DNA of 64,000 bases from Blastocatellales bacterium. Lineage in GTDB: Bacteria > Acidobacteriota > Blastocatellia > RBC074. The stretch covers positions 321 through 64,320 of the forward strand of contig JBFWUF010000044.1 in NCBI GenBank assembly GCA_050247435.1, given 5' to 3'. The notes under the pieces were generated by a model. It saw nothing but the letters and a program-made list of their open reading frames with translations, was not told the origin of the DNA and made no database searches. This document shows, in pieces, positions 1 to 10,155 of this stretch. The position numbers and the translations under genes were made by a program. Within the stretch, counting starts at the first letter, position 1; each line of letters opens with the position of its first letter.

Positions 1-1387
1 TGGCAGGCTCCTGTTTGCGAGCCTTGAGGGCCGACCAGACTCTGGACGCGTCCTGGGCCGTGAGCTTATGAATGGGATGGTTGGGTTGGTTGGCGCCGTA
101 AAACGCCCACGAGAGGTAACGCAGTCTCGCCTCCGACGCGGCGTTGATTTCGTTGATCAGCTTGAAAGCGGTGCCGGACAATCGCGCCGATTGCAATCGT
201 TCACGTTGAAGCGTCGAGGCTGCCTTGAGCGCGACAAAATGCTTGAGTGGAAGCAATCCCGACTGTCGCGCTTCGTACGCTTGCTTCATCGTTTCGCTTA
301 CTATGCGTGTGTCCTTCGTCCCGCGAATGGCCTTGTGAAACTGGCGATACGTGCGGTTGTTGCGCAGCGCCGTGAGATGAAAATCCTGCTCGCATTCGTC
401 CAGAATCGCCTCAAGCGCCTGGCGAGTGAAACGCTGAAGCTCCCGATTAGCGTGCGAATAGAACCGCGCGCAAGTTTCCGTTTTGCCGCTCACCGGAAAA
501 ATAATTTCGATCTCTGCGCTGATATCGTCCCAGATCTCTTCGAGACCAACTCCGTTCGCGTAATCGCGGCGCAATTGAGAGGCGAGATGCTGCGCGCGTT
601 CCGGCAGGTCTTCAGACGTGAACTCAGGATCAACGCGGCCGCAAGCAACGGTGCGTTCGTGGCTCGACATCGTGATGATCGCGCCGCCCTCGTCGTACTG
701 CTCTATCGCCTCCGCGTGAGCAAACGCGTCGTCAAGTTCCTCAAGGCTTGCCCCGTTCTCTTCCAGGTCGTTCAGCCATTCGGCGCATTCATCGTGAACG
801 GCACGCGCGCTTTTGCGGCGCCCGCCAATCATCCGCTTGATTGCTCCCACTTCCTGTTCAAAGAAGAACCGGATGTTTTCGGGATCGGATTCGTCAGCCG
901 AGACAAACGGTGATTCGGATTCAAAATTCGAGTATGGAGTCTCGGTCTCAATGACCTCAGTGACCGAATTCAAACTGGCGAGTTGCATCGCGAACAGTCC
1001 CATCTCCTTCAGCACATCGCTCGCTCCGCGTTCGCCAATTTCGTTGAAGTAATGCGAGGCCACGGTCTGCCGGCATCGCGCGTCACCATCTTCACAGATC
1101 GCGTTCAAACATCGGATGAACTCTGCCGCGTCTACCGCATTGCCCAACTTCCTGATCGCGTAGGCGAGCGTTCCGATGCGCGCTTCGTCGGCCTGTTGGC
1201 TAACGGGCGCGGAGTCGCCTTCGATCGCATAGATCACTTCGCCCGCGACCGCGCAACGCTCGAAGTCGAGTCGGGCGATCCGTCCGAGTCCGGCGATGTG
1301 CGTCATCAAGCTGTCGTGAGGCGATCCCGTGTCATATGGGATGAAAAGGTTGTGATTCGATCGTGTCGTCATATTCGTGGAAAACAT
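1..1387 (-). CDS. hypothetical protein, 5' complete, runs off the left edge of the window (>460 aa)
   Basis: My own reverse-strand translation from ATG at 1387-1385 (AGGAG 9 nt upstream) reads MFSTNMTTRSNHNLF... and stays open to position 1. It is absent from the ORF track because it is truncated by the window. The R-rich 68..913 plus-strand ORF is its antisense shadow. No recognisable domain. Confidence 0.55.
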   Translation of the reverse strand, partial: MFSTNMTTRSNHNLFIPYDTGSPHDSLMTHIAGLGRIARLDFERCAVAGEVIYAIEGDSAPVSQQADEARIGTLAYAIRKLGNAVDAAEFIRCLNAICEDGDARCRQTVASHYFNEIGERGASDVLKEMGLFAMQLASLNSVTEVIETETPYSNFESESPFVSADESDPENIRFFFEQEVGAIKRMIGGRRKSARAVHDECAEWLNDLEENGASLEELDDAFAHAEAIEQYDEGGAIITMSSHERTVACGRVDPEFTSEDLPERAQHLASQLRRDYANGVGLEEIWDDISAEIEIIFPVSGKTETCARFYSHANRELQRFTRQALEAILDECEQDFHLTALRNNRTYRQFHKAIRGTKDTRIVSETMKQAYEARQSGLLPLKHFVALKAASTLQRERLQSARLSGTAFKLINEINAASEARLRYLSWAFYGANQPNHPIHKLTAQDASRVWSALKARKQEPA

Positions 1388-1570
1388 GTGTATTTCTCCT
1401 GTTGAGTGTTGTTGAAAATGTAGAGAGCGCCATCAATTCGTTTGGCGCGGATCACCCCAACTACTGACAGCTAGAATCTTTGTTTTCCCGCGGGAAGGCG
1501 GAATGGAAGAAGGAGATGCGTTGGAATGTGTGAAGACGCTGCAATTGTCACGCGGTTGAAAAGGAGTCGC

Positions 1571-3232
1571 TCATGCAGCTTTCTTTGTTGAGAGGACGGT
1601 TGGCGCCGAAAGCAGGGCTTTCAATCCGGTATGGCGATTGCATCGTGTGGTGTCGATCGCCTGCATAAACGTGTGCCGTGAACCGATGAGTACAACCATC
1701 TTTCTACCGCGAGTCAGCGCAGTGTAGAGCAGTTCGCGCGATAGCATCACGCTCTGGCTTTCGTGAACGGGGATGATGACGAAGATATATTCCGACCCTT
1801 GGGAGCGATGAATGGTGATGGCGAAACCGTGAGCCAGTTCTGCGAAAGAAGTTCGGCGATATTCAATGCGCCGTTCTCCGAATCTGACCGTGACGGTTTC
1901 GCTCGTCGCATCTTCTACAATGCCGCATTCACCGTTGAAAACGCCGAGGGCATAGTTGTTCCTGGTCTGTAGCACCCGGTCATTTGGCTGAAAGTCAGGC
2001 TGCGATGATTGCGCTGATGGATTCTCTTCCGCAACGGAATGATTGAGCGAGTCCCGGATCAAATTGTTGAGCGAGATGGTTCCGAGCGCCCCTTTGCGCA
2101 TCGGCGTCAGGACCTGGATGTCCCGATGGGGATCAGCGCCGCATCGTTTTGGCAGGCTACTCGTTGCGGCGGCCACCACCAATCGCTGAATTTCAAACGC
2201 GGAGTCGGCCTCGATGAAATAACAGTCGGACTGAGCGGCTCCGGGCGATGGTAACTCCGGCGTGACGCCGGCTTTGATTCGCCTGGCGGCTGCGGTGATC
2301 GAACTCTGCTCCGACTGCCGGAAAGTGTTTGTCAGTTCAACGACGGGTATCTGTCCGCTCTCGATCAGATCACGAAACACCTGTCCCGCTCCGACTGGCG
2401 GCAATTGATGGACATCGCCGACGAAGATCAGCCGGGTCCGTGACGTGCAAAACTCGACGAGCCGTTCGGCCAGAAACAGATCGAGCATTGAAGCTTCATC
2501 AACAATGATCGCTTCTTTGATCTGGGGAACGATCAGTTCCCTGATCGGTTGCTGCTGGCGATGGTTGTGAAGCAATCGGTGCAGAGTCTGAGCGGGTTTA
2601 CCTGTGGCTTCTGAAAGTCGAGCGGCGGCGCGGCCCGTAGGGGCGGTGAGATAAACCTGGTATCCGGCGCGTTCAAAAATCGCCGAGAGGGCCTTGATCG
2701 TCACGGTTTTCCCTGTACCCGGCGCGCCAGTCAGGATTGCGATTGGCGAGGTCGTCAGAGTTCTCAATGCCGCGCGTTGCTCGTCATTCAATTGATCGCC
2801 TTCAACGTTGGCCCAATCAGCAAGGCGCCGATGATTGATTCTGCGCGAACGCTGCCCGATGTGACTAAGGCGATGAGCGATGATCTCTTCGGCGCGAGCG
2901 ACGTGAGGCAGAGAGACTATGCCGCCTCTGACGCTAATGTCGCCTTGCTGACCCAATTGCCTGAGCGCGAAGACTACGTCGCCTTCCTCAATTCCTTTAC
3001 AACGCGAACATAGAAGCCGGGCGAGTTCATTCAAAGGAATGCAGGTATGACCTTGCGCGAGAGCTTGCTGAAGGATGGCGACGGCGATCGTCTTCAGTTT
3101 CACCAACGCTTCGTTCCGTTCCGTTGGCTGCTGCGCCTTACGCGTGGCTGAGTGTCGCAGCAAACTGAGGCCGGTCTCGATAAGCCACAAGATTACAGAT
3201 CTAAATAGTCGTCTTTTTTGCTCGATCATCAT
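1571..3232 (-). CDS. RecD/RecD2/TraA-like SF1B DNA helicase
   Basis: Walker A LTGAPGTGKT, Walker B IIVDEASML, motif VGDVHQLPPV and C-terminal HRSQGSEY motif VI. GAGGGGG RBS before ATGATG. Confidence 0.85.
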   Translation of the reverse strand: MMIEQKRRLFRSVILWLIETGLSLLRHSATRKAQQPTERNEALVKLKTIAVAILQQALAQGHTCIPLNELARLLCSRCKGIEEGDVVFALRQLGQQGDISVRGGIVSLPHVARAEEIIAHRLSHIGQRSRRINHRRLADWANVEGDQLNDEQRAALRTLTTSPIAILTGAPGTGKTVTIKALSAIFERAGYQVYLTAPTGRAAARLSEATGKPAQTLHRLLHNHRQQQPIRELIVPQIKEAIIVDEASMLDLFLAERLVEFCTSRTRLIFVGDVHQLPPVGAGQVFRDLIESGQIPVVELTNTFRQSEQSSITAAARRIKAGVTPELPSPGAAQSDCYFIEADSAFEIQRLVVAAATSSLPKRCGADPHRDIQVLTPMRKGALGTISLNNLIRDSLNHSVAEENPSAQSSQPDFQPNDRVLQTRNNYALGVFNGECGIVEDATSETVTVRFGERRIEYRRTSFAELAHGFAITIHRSQGSEYIFVIIPVHESQSVMLSRELLYTALTRGRKMVVLIGSRHTFMQAIDTTRCNRHTGLKALLSAPTVLSTKKAA

Positions 3233-3398
3233 CCCCCTCAGGCAAACAGTCCGGTTACGCTGTTTGTTGGCCGCTCAATTTGTGGTTGGTCGAGCGCTCA
3301 ATGATCTTCCGCGCGGGATATTCCTGCTGCCCCCGGTTTATGATTGGCTGTCTTGTGGGGTTATGTACGATACTGATCAACTGGAGGTGAAAAAAACA

Positions 3399-4418
3399 AT
3401 GACCGATCAGACTCTTGTCCGCGTTGTTCTGGCGAGCCGCCCGGAAGGGGCGCCGGTTCCTGAAAACTTCCGCATCGAGCGAGCGGCCATTCCGACTCCG
3501 GCGGACGGCGAAGTATTGCTCAAGGTCGGCTATCTTTCATTGGATCCCTACATGCGCGGGCGGATGAGCGCGGCAAAATCCTACGCCGCGCCAGTCGAGA
3601 TCGGCGGAGTGATGGAAGGCGGCACAGTGGCGGAAGTGATCGCCAGCCGTCGCCCTGATTTCGCGGTCGGGAACATCGTCCTGTCTCACTCGGGTTGGCA
3701 GACACATGCGCTATCGAACGGCGAAGGGCTGAGAAAGCTCGACCCGGCCGCCGCGCCTATCACAACTGCCCTGGGCGTGCTAGGCATGCCCGGATTCACG
3801 GCCTGGGCAGGGTTGCTGATTATCGGCAAGCCACGGCCGGGCGAGACCGTCGTGGTGGCCGCGGCCAGCGGGCCGGTCGGCTCTGCGGTAGGCCAGATCG
3901 CCAGGATCAAGGGCGCGCGGGCGGTGGGGATTGCTGGAGGCGCGAGCAAATGCGCGTTCGTGCGCGACGAATTGGGCTTCGACCAGGTCGTTGACCATTG
4001 GGCGCCGGACTTCGCCGAGCAACTGGCCGACGCCTGCCCGGACGGCGTTGATGTCTATTTTGAAAATGTCGGCGGCGCGGTGTGGGACGCGGTCTTTCCT
4101 CTTCTCAACCCCTTCGCGCGTATTCCTGTCTGCGGTCTGATCGCACAGTACAACAGCGCCGGCCCGTTCGAGGGGCCCGATCGTCTGCCTGTTGTCATGA
4201 GGGACGTCCTGACAAAAAGCCTCACTATACGCGGTTTCATACAGCGCGAATTCACCGACCAGCGCCCGGCTTTTTACCGCGAGATGGCCGGCTGGATCGA
4301 AAGCGGCCAGATCAAATACCGCGAGGATGTGGTCGAGGGATTAGAGAACGCCCCGCAGGCGTTTATCGGATTGCTTGAAGGGCGCAACTTCGGCAAGCTG
4401 CTGATCAAGGTTTCATAG
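3399..4418 (+). CDS. NADP-dependent oxidoreductase, MDR superfamily (YncB/CurA-like)
   Basis: AASGPVGSAVGQIAR Rossmann motif and MDR-type N-terminal domain. The start is placed at MTDQTL (GGAGGTG RBS), not at the 3075 track start whose N-terminus is junk. Confidence 0.8.
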   Translation: MTDQTLVRVVLASRPEGAPVPENFRIERAAIPTPADGEVLLKVGYLSLDPYMRGRMSAAKSYAAPVEIGGVMEGGTVAEVIASRRPDFAVGNIVLSHSGWQTHALSNGEGLRKLDPAAAPITTALGVLGMPGFTAWAGLLIIGKPRPGETVVVAAASGPVGSAVGQIARIKGARAVGIAGGASKCAFVRDELGFDQVVDHWAPDFAEQLADACPDGVDVYFENVGGAVWDAVFPLLNPFARIPVCGLIAQYNSAGPFEGPDRLPVVMRDVLTKSLTIRGFIQREFTDQRPAFYREMAGWIESGQIKYREDVVEGLENAPQAFIGLLEGRNFGKLLIKVS

Positions 4419-4551
4419 GCGGGCGATCAAAACAAGACTACGTACGACCGCGAATTAGGAGTGTGCAAATCTTCCCGCCTATCCAACGGCTACAATCGCT
4501 TTTTATTTTTGTCGGAGTTTTCTAGCACATACTTTGATTTCGGCGCCGCGG

Positions 4552-4893
4552 TTATTCGCAAAACCCTGGCTCAGCCTCGTCTGTCAAACCGGCGAGCAAC
4601 GCTTCCATATGCTGGCGCGCCTTCCACGCGCCCGTGCGATTGGCCGCCTCGATCCCTTCCATCCACACGCGCCGCGCCTCTTCAAGCCCTTCCTGTTTGA
4701 CCAGCGCGGAGCCGAGCATCTGATAGGCCGAAGTGTAATCAGGTTTGATGCGGATGACGTTGCGGAGAGCTTCAATGGCTGCGGGCCAGTTCTCAAGCTT
4801 CATGTATTCGTTCGCCAGGCCGTACCAGATCATTTCGTTATCAGGCTGATCCCTCAGCATCGCGGTGAAAGCGTCAATTCTCGATTGTGTCAT
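4552..4893 (-). CDS. small TPR-repeat protein
   Basis: TPR-like helices (WYGLANEYMKLENWPAAIEALRNVIRIKPDYTSAYQMLGSAL). The start is placed at the internal MTQSRID. The longer 163-aa version has a low-complexity N-terminus overlapping the next gene. Confidence 0.6.
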   Translation of the reverse strand: MTQSRIDAFTAMLRDQPDNEMIWYGLANEYMKLENWPAAIEALRNVIRIKPDYTSAYQMLGSALVKQEGLEEARRVWMEGIEAANRTGAWKARQHMEALLAGLTDEAEPGFCE

Positions 4894-4951
4894 CCCTAAT
4901 CTCCGTCGATTTGTTAAAGTAGGAAGTGGTCTACTATGAGAGGATATCCTT

Positions 4952-6001
4952 ATGAATAATGACGTCAAGCTCCTCCGGTTGGACGCCAGCGATCGCCGCA
5001 TCAACGCTGCAATCGCGGCGCTGTTCGCCTGCATTCCGCTCATTCATATCTCGATCGGGCTGATGTTCCTGCTCAAACCGGAACCGGCCCAGGGCGATGC
5101 GCCTAACATTGTTCGGGCGAATCATATTGGAGTGGACAGCAACGCCTATAGGCCGCCGGTTCATCTGGTCAATCTGGAAAACCAATCCATAAAAGAGAGC
5201 AGTGGGATCGTCGCTTCTCGACGCAACACCAACATTTTCTGGACTCACAACGACAGCGGCAATGGGCCGTTCATCTATGCTTTTGACCGACAAGGAAAAC
5301 ATCGCGGGGTCTGGCAGGTTGCCGGCGCAAAGGCGGTAGATTGGGAAGACATGGCTATCGGACCGGGACCCAAGCGAGGCCGGCCTTACCTCTACATCGG
5401 AGACATCGGCGACAATCTTAAAAAGCGCGCCCAGATTACTGTTTACCGGATAGCCGAACCGAGCATTATTCCAAAGGACTCTTCTTTAAAAGTTCAGAAC
5501 CCGCGTGAGACGGAAGCCGCTGACGTAATTCGATTGAAGTACCCAGATGGCAAGTACGATGCGGAATCGCTCTTAATACATCCCATCACGGGCGACCTCT
5601 ACGTCATCACCAAAGTGAGAGGCGCGGCTGCCAGGGTGTATAAATTGAAAGCGCCAGCGCCAAAACCAGGAGTGTCGTCCCTCTCTTTTGTCGGAGAGGT
5701 TCGATTCCCGAATCAGTTTCTAGGATTCATTACAGGCGGAGATATTTCCCCAGACGGTCGTCGGGTAATAATCAGCGATTACCTCGGGGCTTGCGAACTC
5801 ATCTTGCCAGGGAGGCGAGGAATAGCTTTTGATGAGATCTGGAAGCAATCGCCGCAGCCAGTCGGTATAGGAGGCTTTCCAGGAGTTCGCCGGCAAGGGG
5901 AAGCAATCTGTTACCGCGCCGACGGATTGGCCTTGTTGGCGACCAGTGAAGGGCTTCCTTGCCCGTTAATTGAGGTTGCCCGAAGCGATCAAGATCGGTG
6001 A
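4952..6001 (+). CDS. membrane-anchored/secreted beta-propeller-like protein (SdiA-regulated or phytase-like family candidate)
   Basis: N-terminal hydrophobic segment (AAIAALFACIPLIHISIGLMFLL), repeated SG/NDSG/DIGDN-type motifs, GAGAGGA RBS. The family call is tentative. Confidence 0.5.
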   Translation: MNNDVKLLRLDASDRRINAAIAALFACIPLIHISIGLMFLLKPEPAQGDAPNIVRANHIGVDSNAYRPPVHLVNLENQSIKESSGIVASRRNTNIFWTHNDSGNGPFIYAFDRQGKHRGVWQVAGAKAVDWEDMAIGPGPKRGRPYLYIGDIGDNLKKRAQITVYRIAEPSIIPKDSSLKVQNPRETEAADVIRLKYPDGKYDAESLLIHPITGDLYVITKVRGAAARVYKLKAPAPKPGVSSLSFVGEVRFPNQFLGFITGGDISPDGRRVIISDYLGACELILPGRRGIAFDEIWKQSPQPVGIGGFPGVRRQGEAICYRADGLALLATSEGLPCPLIEVARSDQDR

Positions 6002-6031
6002 ATTGAACACGGACGTAAATGGCACGCTCAT

Positions 6032-7795
6032 TCAACAGAGCTTGAGAGTGATTTTTTCACCGTTGCTCAGAATGAGCGCCACCGCCTCAAGGCTGTGACT
6101 GCGGCGGCTTCTATACTTCGGCGTAATGCTTACGATCTGTTGGCCTTCGGGAATGAATCTCAACAGGTCATCCCAGGAGAAATTTTGTGGGACGGCGTTT
6201 CCAATGATCTTTCTGATTTCGCGCTCGCACGATTCGCCATAGTTTTCAGACATCTCCTCGTAACTGCGCCCGGTGTCATTGAACGGGTCAAATCCAGCCC
6301 AGGCATCCGACCGATAGAACATTTGCGGATCAGCGCCGCCAACTGTGAAATCAACGTCGTCAACATCCCAATTGCTGGTGTCGTTAAAGGTGAAGACAGT
6401 GTGATCGCCGACATCACGCCATTCCATCGGCGGTTCTTTTTCAGTTCCGAAACCCCACTGTCCGGCTTCATAAAAGATCGAGGGGCAGCCTTCGGGAAGT
6501 GAGACTTGCGCTCCCGGTTTCCACCAGAGATGTTGAATGTGAAGTCGTGATTCGTCGGCCGACCGAACTCGATACGCTGGCCCGGTCAGTTCGAGAATAG
6601 TGTGCAAGCCGTAATCGTCAGAGAAGAACTTTCCATCCTCCTGAACGACTTTCACGCATTCTGCGAGGAACAATGGTGTATGGTCATAGGTGAAAACTGC
6701 CGGGGCTGAAAACTGCGCTATGTTGCTGGAATCATCGCCCGATTCGAACGGCCTGAGGCGAGAGGCTACAAAGACGGGCAAGGTTCGCGCCCGATCTGGG
6801 TAAACCCGATAGAAACATTGAAGCGCCCCCGGATTGATTTCGGTTGCCGGTTTCAGCGTGAAGTATTCCGTCAACGAGTCACGGACGAAATCGAGCAGGT
6901 TTTGCAGTTCCTGGTCGTTGATTATGCCGCGTCGTGAAGGAGCCATCGAATTGACCGGTCTGCCGCGCCGGACTTCGAGATAGGCTTTGAAATAGCTGGA
7001 GTGGGCTACTGCAATCATCTGCCCATACCAGTTGATCCAGAGTCCTGTCGTCGTGGAATAGCCGCTCTTGTCGTGAAGGCCGATGACGAGTCGGTTGTCC
7101 TGATACGAGGTCTCGACCAGGGGAACCTTGGGCAGCGCCTCGGCAGGGACGCTCGTCTTGACAACGACACCGTTCAACGTGATGTGGAGCAGATCATAAT
7201 ACCCACGCGCCTGAGAGCGTGTAATATCCCATTCGCCAGTCAGCGTCTTGACGAGCCTGTCGGTCAGTTCCTTAGAGCAGGTGACGCTGATATTGATGCC
7301 GGGAACCGGAAACCCGATCCGCTTTAAATTATCCCGCCAGTTGACGGCATATAGCTCCTCCCACCAGCGTCTGGCGTCCAGAGTCAGTGAAAGAAGGTTT
7401 GAAGAAAAGGTCACTGACTCAACCTCTTCTTGCGCGAGCAGGCTGTGAATGCCGAGTCCCATCGGCTGCTGCTCTGCTTCGACGCGCTCTTCCCATCTTG
7501 ATTCGCCGAGCTTTATCAGCGCCTCGAAGTCAGCTTCGTTTCGCAGTCCCTGCCCGTCATCTTGGTAGATGAATCCACGGTCGTCAGTAATGATCCGCAC
7601 GTTTCGCGCGCCTGCCCGCGACGAATTCTGGAATAATTCGCCGATAATTTCGTTGACTGTACCTGTGAAAGCCCGCTTGATGCCGAGTCGCAGGCGCGCC
7701 GGGTTGATGATCTCAGTGATTCGAGAAGATGACATACTGGAAACCTCGCGTTGTGGGCGCCGATTGATACGAAGAATGAGAGTTCGCCGGCTCAT
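6032..7795 (-). CDS. GHKL/HATPase_c-type ATPase domain protein (587 aa), C-terminal region of unknown function
   Basis: N-box-like ELFQNSSRAGA and G1-box DDGQGL near the N-terminus. The track start at 7795 abuts the HNH stop (TAGATG). An alternative start at MSSSRITE (7735) is possible. Confidence 0.6.
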   Translation of the reverse strand: MSRRTLILRINRRPQREVSSMSSSRITEIINPARLRLGIKRAFTGTVNEIIGELFQNSSRAGARNVRIITDDRGFIYQDDGQGLRNEADFEALIKLGESRWEERVEAEQQPMGLGIHSLLAQEEVESVTFSSNLLSLTLDARRWWEELYAVNWRDNLKRIGFPVPGINISVTCSKELTDRLVKTLTGEWDITRSQARGYYDLLHITLNGVVVKTSVPAEALPKVPLVETSYQDNRLVIGLHDKSGYSTTTGLWINWYGQMIAVAHSSYFKAYLEVRRGRPVNSMAPSRRGIINDQELQNLLDFVRDSLTEYFTLKPATEINPGALQCFYRVYPDRARTLPVFVASRLRPFESGDDSSNIAQFSAPAVFTYDHTPLFLAECVKVVQEDGKFFSDDYGLHTILELTGPAYRVRSADESRLHIQHLWWKPGAQVSLPEGCPSIFYEAGQWGFGTEKEPPMEWRDVGDHTVFTFNDTSNWDVDDVDFTVGGADPQMFYRSDAWAGFDPFNDTGRSYEEMSENYGESCEREIRKIIGNAVPQNFSWDDLLRFIPEGQQIVSITPKYRSRRSHSLEAVALILSNGEKITLKLC

Positions 7796-8101
7796 CTACT
7801 GGCCGTATCCGAATGGAATCCATCGGAGCGGATCAGGCGGGAGCATTCCTCGTTTGAGATTGAATATCCACCAACCTCGCGCGGCCGTAACAATTCCGCC
7901 TCTCCGCCCCCATTCGCGGAAGTGGTTCAGCCGCGAGTGGTGCTCGATGTGGCATTGCTCGTGAACCTCGACGGTTTCAATCCCGCCTTCCGATCTGAGC
8001 ACAGGGTGGTGTTGATTGACCTTGGCGCCTTTGCGAATCGGGCGCTGGCAGAGCGCGCAGATGTTCTTGTGATTGTCCGAAGACGATTTGCGCTTCGACA
8101 T
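7796..8101 (-). CDS. HNH endonuclease (101 aa)
   Basis: CALCQRPI ... NQHHPV ... GG ... HEQCHIEHH, i.e. the C-x2-C / HH / H-x3-H HNH pattern. GGAAGGAAG RBS. Sits immediately upstream of and coupled to the GHKL gene. Confidence 0.8.
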   Translation of the reverse strand: MSKRKSSSDNHKNICALCQRPIRKGAKVNQHHPVLRSEGGIETVEVHEQCHIEHHSRLNHFREWGRRGGIVTAARGWWIFNLKRGMLPPDPLRWIPFGYGQ

Positions 8102-8313
8102 AGACCGCTTCCTTCCTATGTTCAGACACGATGGGATTAAGCAGATCGGATGGTTGCGTGTCCGAAGTCCACGCTGATTTGCTGGCAGCCTTCATTTTCT
8201 TATCGCTCTTCTCAGGCGCCGGCGTTGTTGGTTATGAAGGTGTGCGGATCGTGAATTGACAGGCTCTTACGGCTGAGTTGCGGCGGCTTCATCGCACGCG
8301 TTTTTGGCGCGGC

Positions 8314-9591
8314 TTATCTCATTTCTAGTCGAACGGCGAGGTGGGACGAATCTTCAAAGAGGCCTATCTGCGCTGTTGATCCCAGCGCTTCCGCCCAACG
8401 CTCTTCAAACCATGCGAAGCCGTGTCGAGTCTTGGAAGCGACCGTCGCGGGCGCAACAACGAAGAATTCCTCGACCGTCGGGTAGCGCTCTAACTCGCGC
8501 TCGCGGACATATCCGTACAGGATGCTGTGTTCGGCTTTGACAGGAAGACCGGATGCGATTTCAGCAAAATGACTGGCAATCTCCTGGCGAGGTCCCGTTA
8601 CCAGCTTTTCAACTGCGCGGTCAGCGTGTCCCGGCGCTTTGTAGATGCGGCGCACGCGGTAGAGCGCATACTGGCAGGTCTTCAGCGCCTGCTCAAATTC
8701 TGCGAGTGCTACTTGGTTCCCATCGTCAATCATAATCGAACGAAGCGTTCGGTTGCGGTAGAGCGTCCCACGCGGATTGAAGCATAGACTTTGGTGTTCC
8801 AGCATCAGCGATTCAGCAACCTGCGAGGGAAACCGGCGCAATCGAGCGATGCCAGCGCCGGTCAGCTTATTGAAGGGGCAGTAAACGCAGGCGCTCTTGA
8901 ACCAATCCTCGCCGGTTACTTCTTTCAGATAACGTTCGCACTCAGATCGGGTCCATCGCCAATCATGAGCAAGCGGATACCAGCCGAGCCGTTGAGGAGT
9001 GTCATACTTCTGCGCTTTGATAATTCTCCGCTCCTCGTCAACGTTGAATCCGAAGACGACGCGGACAGATTCACGATGAGCGAAAGCGCGTTCGCTTTTA
9101 TCAATCCGCTTTTGTTCTTCGGCGGAAAAGCCGAAGGCGTGACAGTAAGACTGATCCGTCATTTCTTGCGCTAACCATGCTTCAATTACCCAGGCTTTGA
9201 ATTTCAAACTGCACCTATGCTCACCAGCGTATTGAGGAACAGTGCCAGCGGCGCGTAGTTCGTCACTCAGCTTGTATGCGCCTTCGAGATGAATTCGATC
9301 GGGACTCCGCGTATCGCTCATTACGACGATTCCATCAGCTTCCAGATGACCGGCGCGAGCGACCTGCACATATCGAACCTTGCGCGCGCGCATTCGAGGC
9401 AGGGGATGTTGAGAGATCAGATGTCCGGTGTCAGGATACTCATCGCCCGTCTGGGCCGTGATCACGATCAGATCCTCGGCCAGATCGAAATCTCGCGATT
9501 GACTCTCCTCTAGCCATCTCATTAAGAGCGCGGAGGACTCCACTCCCATGCCGAAGCTGAGTATCACCTTCGATCTCTGATCGCTTGTCAT
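8314..9591 (-). CDS. PAPS-reductase-like / PP-loop ATP-pyrophosphatase family protein (DndC/BrxP-like fold)
   Basis: N-terminal ILSFGMGVESSALL is a variant of the SGGxDS PP-loop. Length ~425 aa. Fold-level call only. Confidence 0.55.
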   Translation of the reverse strand: MTSDQRSKVILSFGMGVESSALLMRWLEESQSRDFDLAEDLIVITAQTGDEYPDTGHLISQHPLPRMRARKVRYVQVARAGHLEADGIVVMSDTRSPDRIHLEGAYKLSDELRAAGTVPQYAGEHRCSLKFKAWVIEAWLAQEMTDQSYCHAFGFSAEEQKRIDKSERAFAHRESVRVVFGFNVDEERRIIKAQKYDTPQRLGWYPLAHDWRWTRSECERYLKEVTGEDWFKSACVYCPFNKLTGAGIARLRRFPSQVAESLMLEHQSLCFNPRGTLYRNRTLRSIMIDDGNQVALAEFEQALKTCQYALYRVRRIYKAPGHADRAVEKLVTGPRQEIASHFAEIASGLPVKAEHSILYGYVRERELERYPTVEEFFVVAPATVASKTRHGFAWFEERWAEALGSTAQIGLFEDSSHLAVRLEMR

Positions 9592-9618
9592 TTTCTTTCT
9601 GGTGAATTGAGATACGCC

Positions 9619-10137
9619 TTAACTGGATTGACTAGAGGCAGTGGCTTTGCTCAGACGCGCTCTGGCTTCCATCGGAGAAGGCGCAACCAGACCTACTGTG
9701 CGCAAGAGCGCCCAGATTTGCGCATACAACCCACCCGTCGTCCATTCGCGCGCAATCGCTTGAAGGCCGCGACCGCTTCTGAGGTCAGCCTCGCGTTGGC
9801 TCATGCGACAATGGAAAAAAGCGCAGCCGAATGGGCTGACGGCGTGGATAGCACACCGCTTGTTCGCATCCAGGAACTTGCATGTTTGATCGGGCTTTCT
9901 TTGAGGGACAAGAGTCGGAATGCGCATAATCTCCCCTGCCACGCTCACAATCGCTCCGGGGCTCGCCAGCAGATTTTCCATGGCGAATTGAACCAGGTTG
10001 TCATAGCCAAGATGGGCGGCGATCATTTCGATGTCAGAAGGGATCAAGTATCCCGGAATAATTTCACAATTGGTAACGCACTCTCCGCACGCGCATTCTG
10101 TGCGAATGAATCCGAATTCGATTCTGGTCGGCTCCAT
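9619..10137 (-). CDS. Cys-rich hypothetical protein (possible YkgJ-type Fe-S/Zn-chelating domain)
   Basis: ECACGECVTNC cluster plus additional Cys and His residues. AAGGAG RBS 7 nt upstream. Confidence 0.5.
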   Translation of the reverse strand: MEPTRIEFGFIRTECACGECVTNCEIIPGYLIPSDIEMIAAHLGYDNLVQFAMENLLASPGAIVSVAGEIMRIPTLVPQRKPDQTCKFLDANKRCAIHAVSPFGCAFFHCRMSQREADLRSGRGLQAIAREWTTGGLYAQIWALLRTVGLVAPSPMEARARLSKATASSQSS

Positions 10138-10155
10138 CGCTTACGCTCCTTTTTC

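Noticed and set aside
68-913. 281-aa plus-strand ORF, extremely Arg-rich
   Set aside because: It lies antisense to a well-formed minus-strand gene (<1..1387) that has a proper RBS. Its R-rich composition is typical of reverse-frame artefacts in GC-rich DNA.
3075-3398. N-terminal 108-codon extension of the oxidoreductase ORF in the track
   Set aside because: The extension has no homology signal and overlaps the divergent RecD promoter region. A good RBS (GGAGGTG) precedes the internal MTDQTL start where MDR-family homology begins.
3520-4378. Multiple 60-100-aa ORFs nested inside the oxidoreductase gene, and similar nests elsewhere (e.g. 57013-57343, 60389-62257)
   Set aside because: They are overlapping alternative-frame ORFs inside clearly coding, GC-rich genes. 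No independent support.
4552-5043. 163-aa version of the TPR protein
   Set aside because: The N-terminal 50 residues are low-complexity (R/S/L-rich) and overlap the start of the convergent-divergent neighbour. The internal Met with a GGAG RBS gives a compact 113-aa TPR protein.
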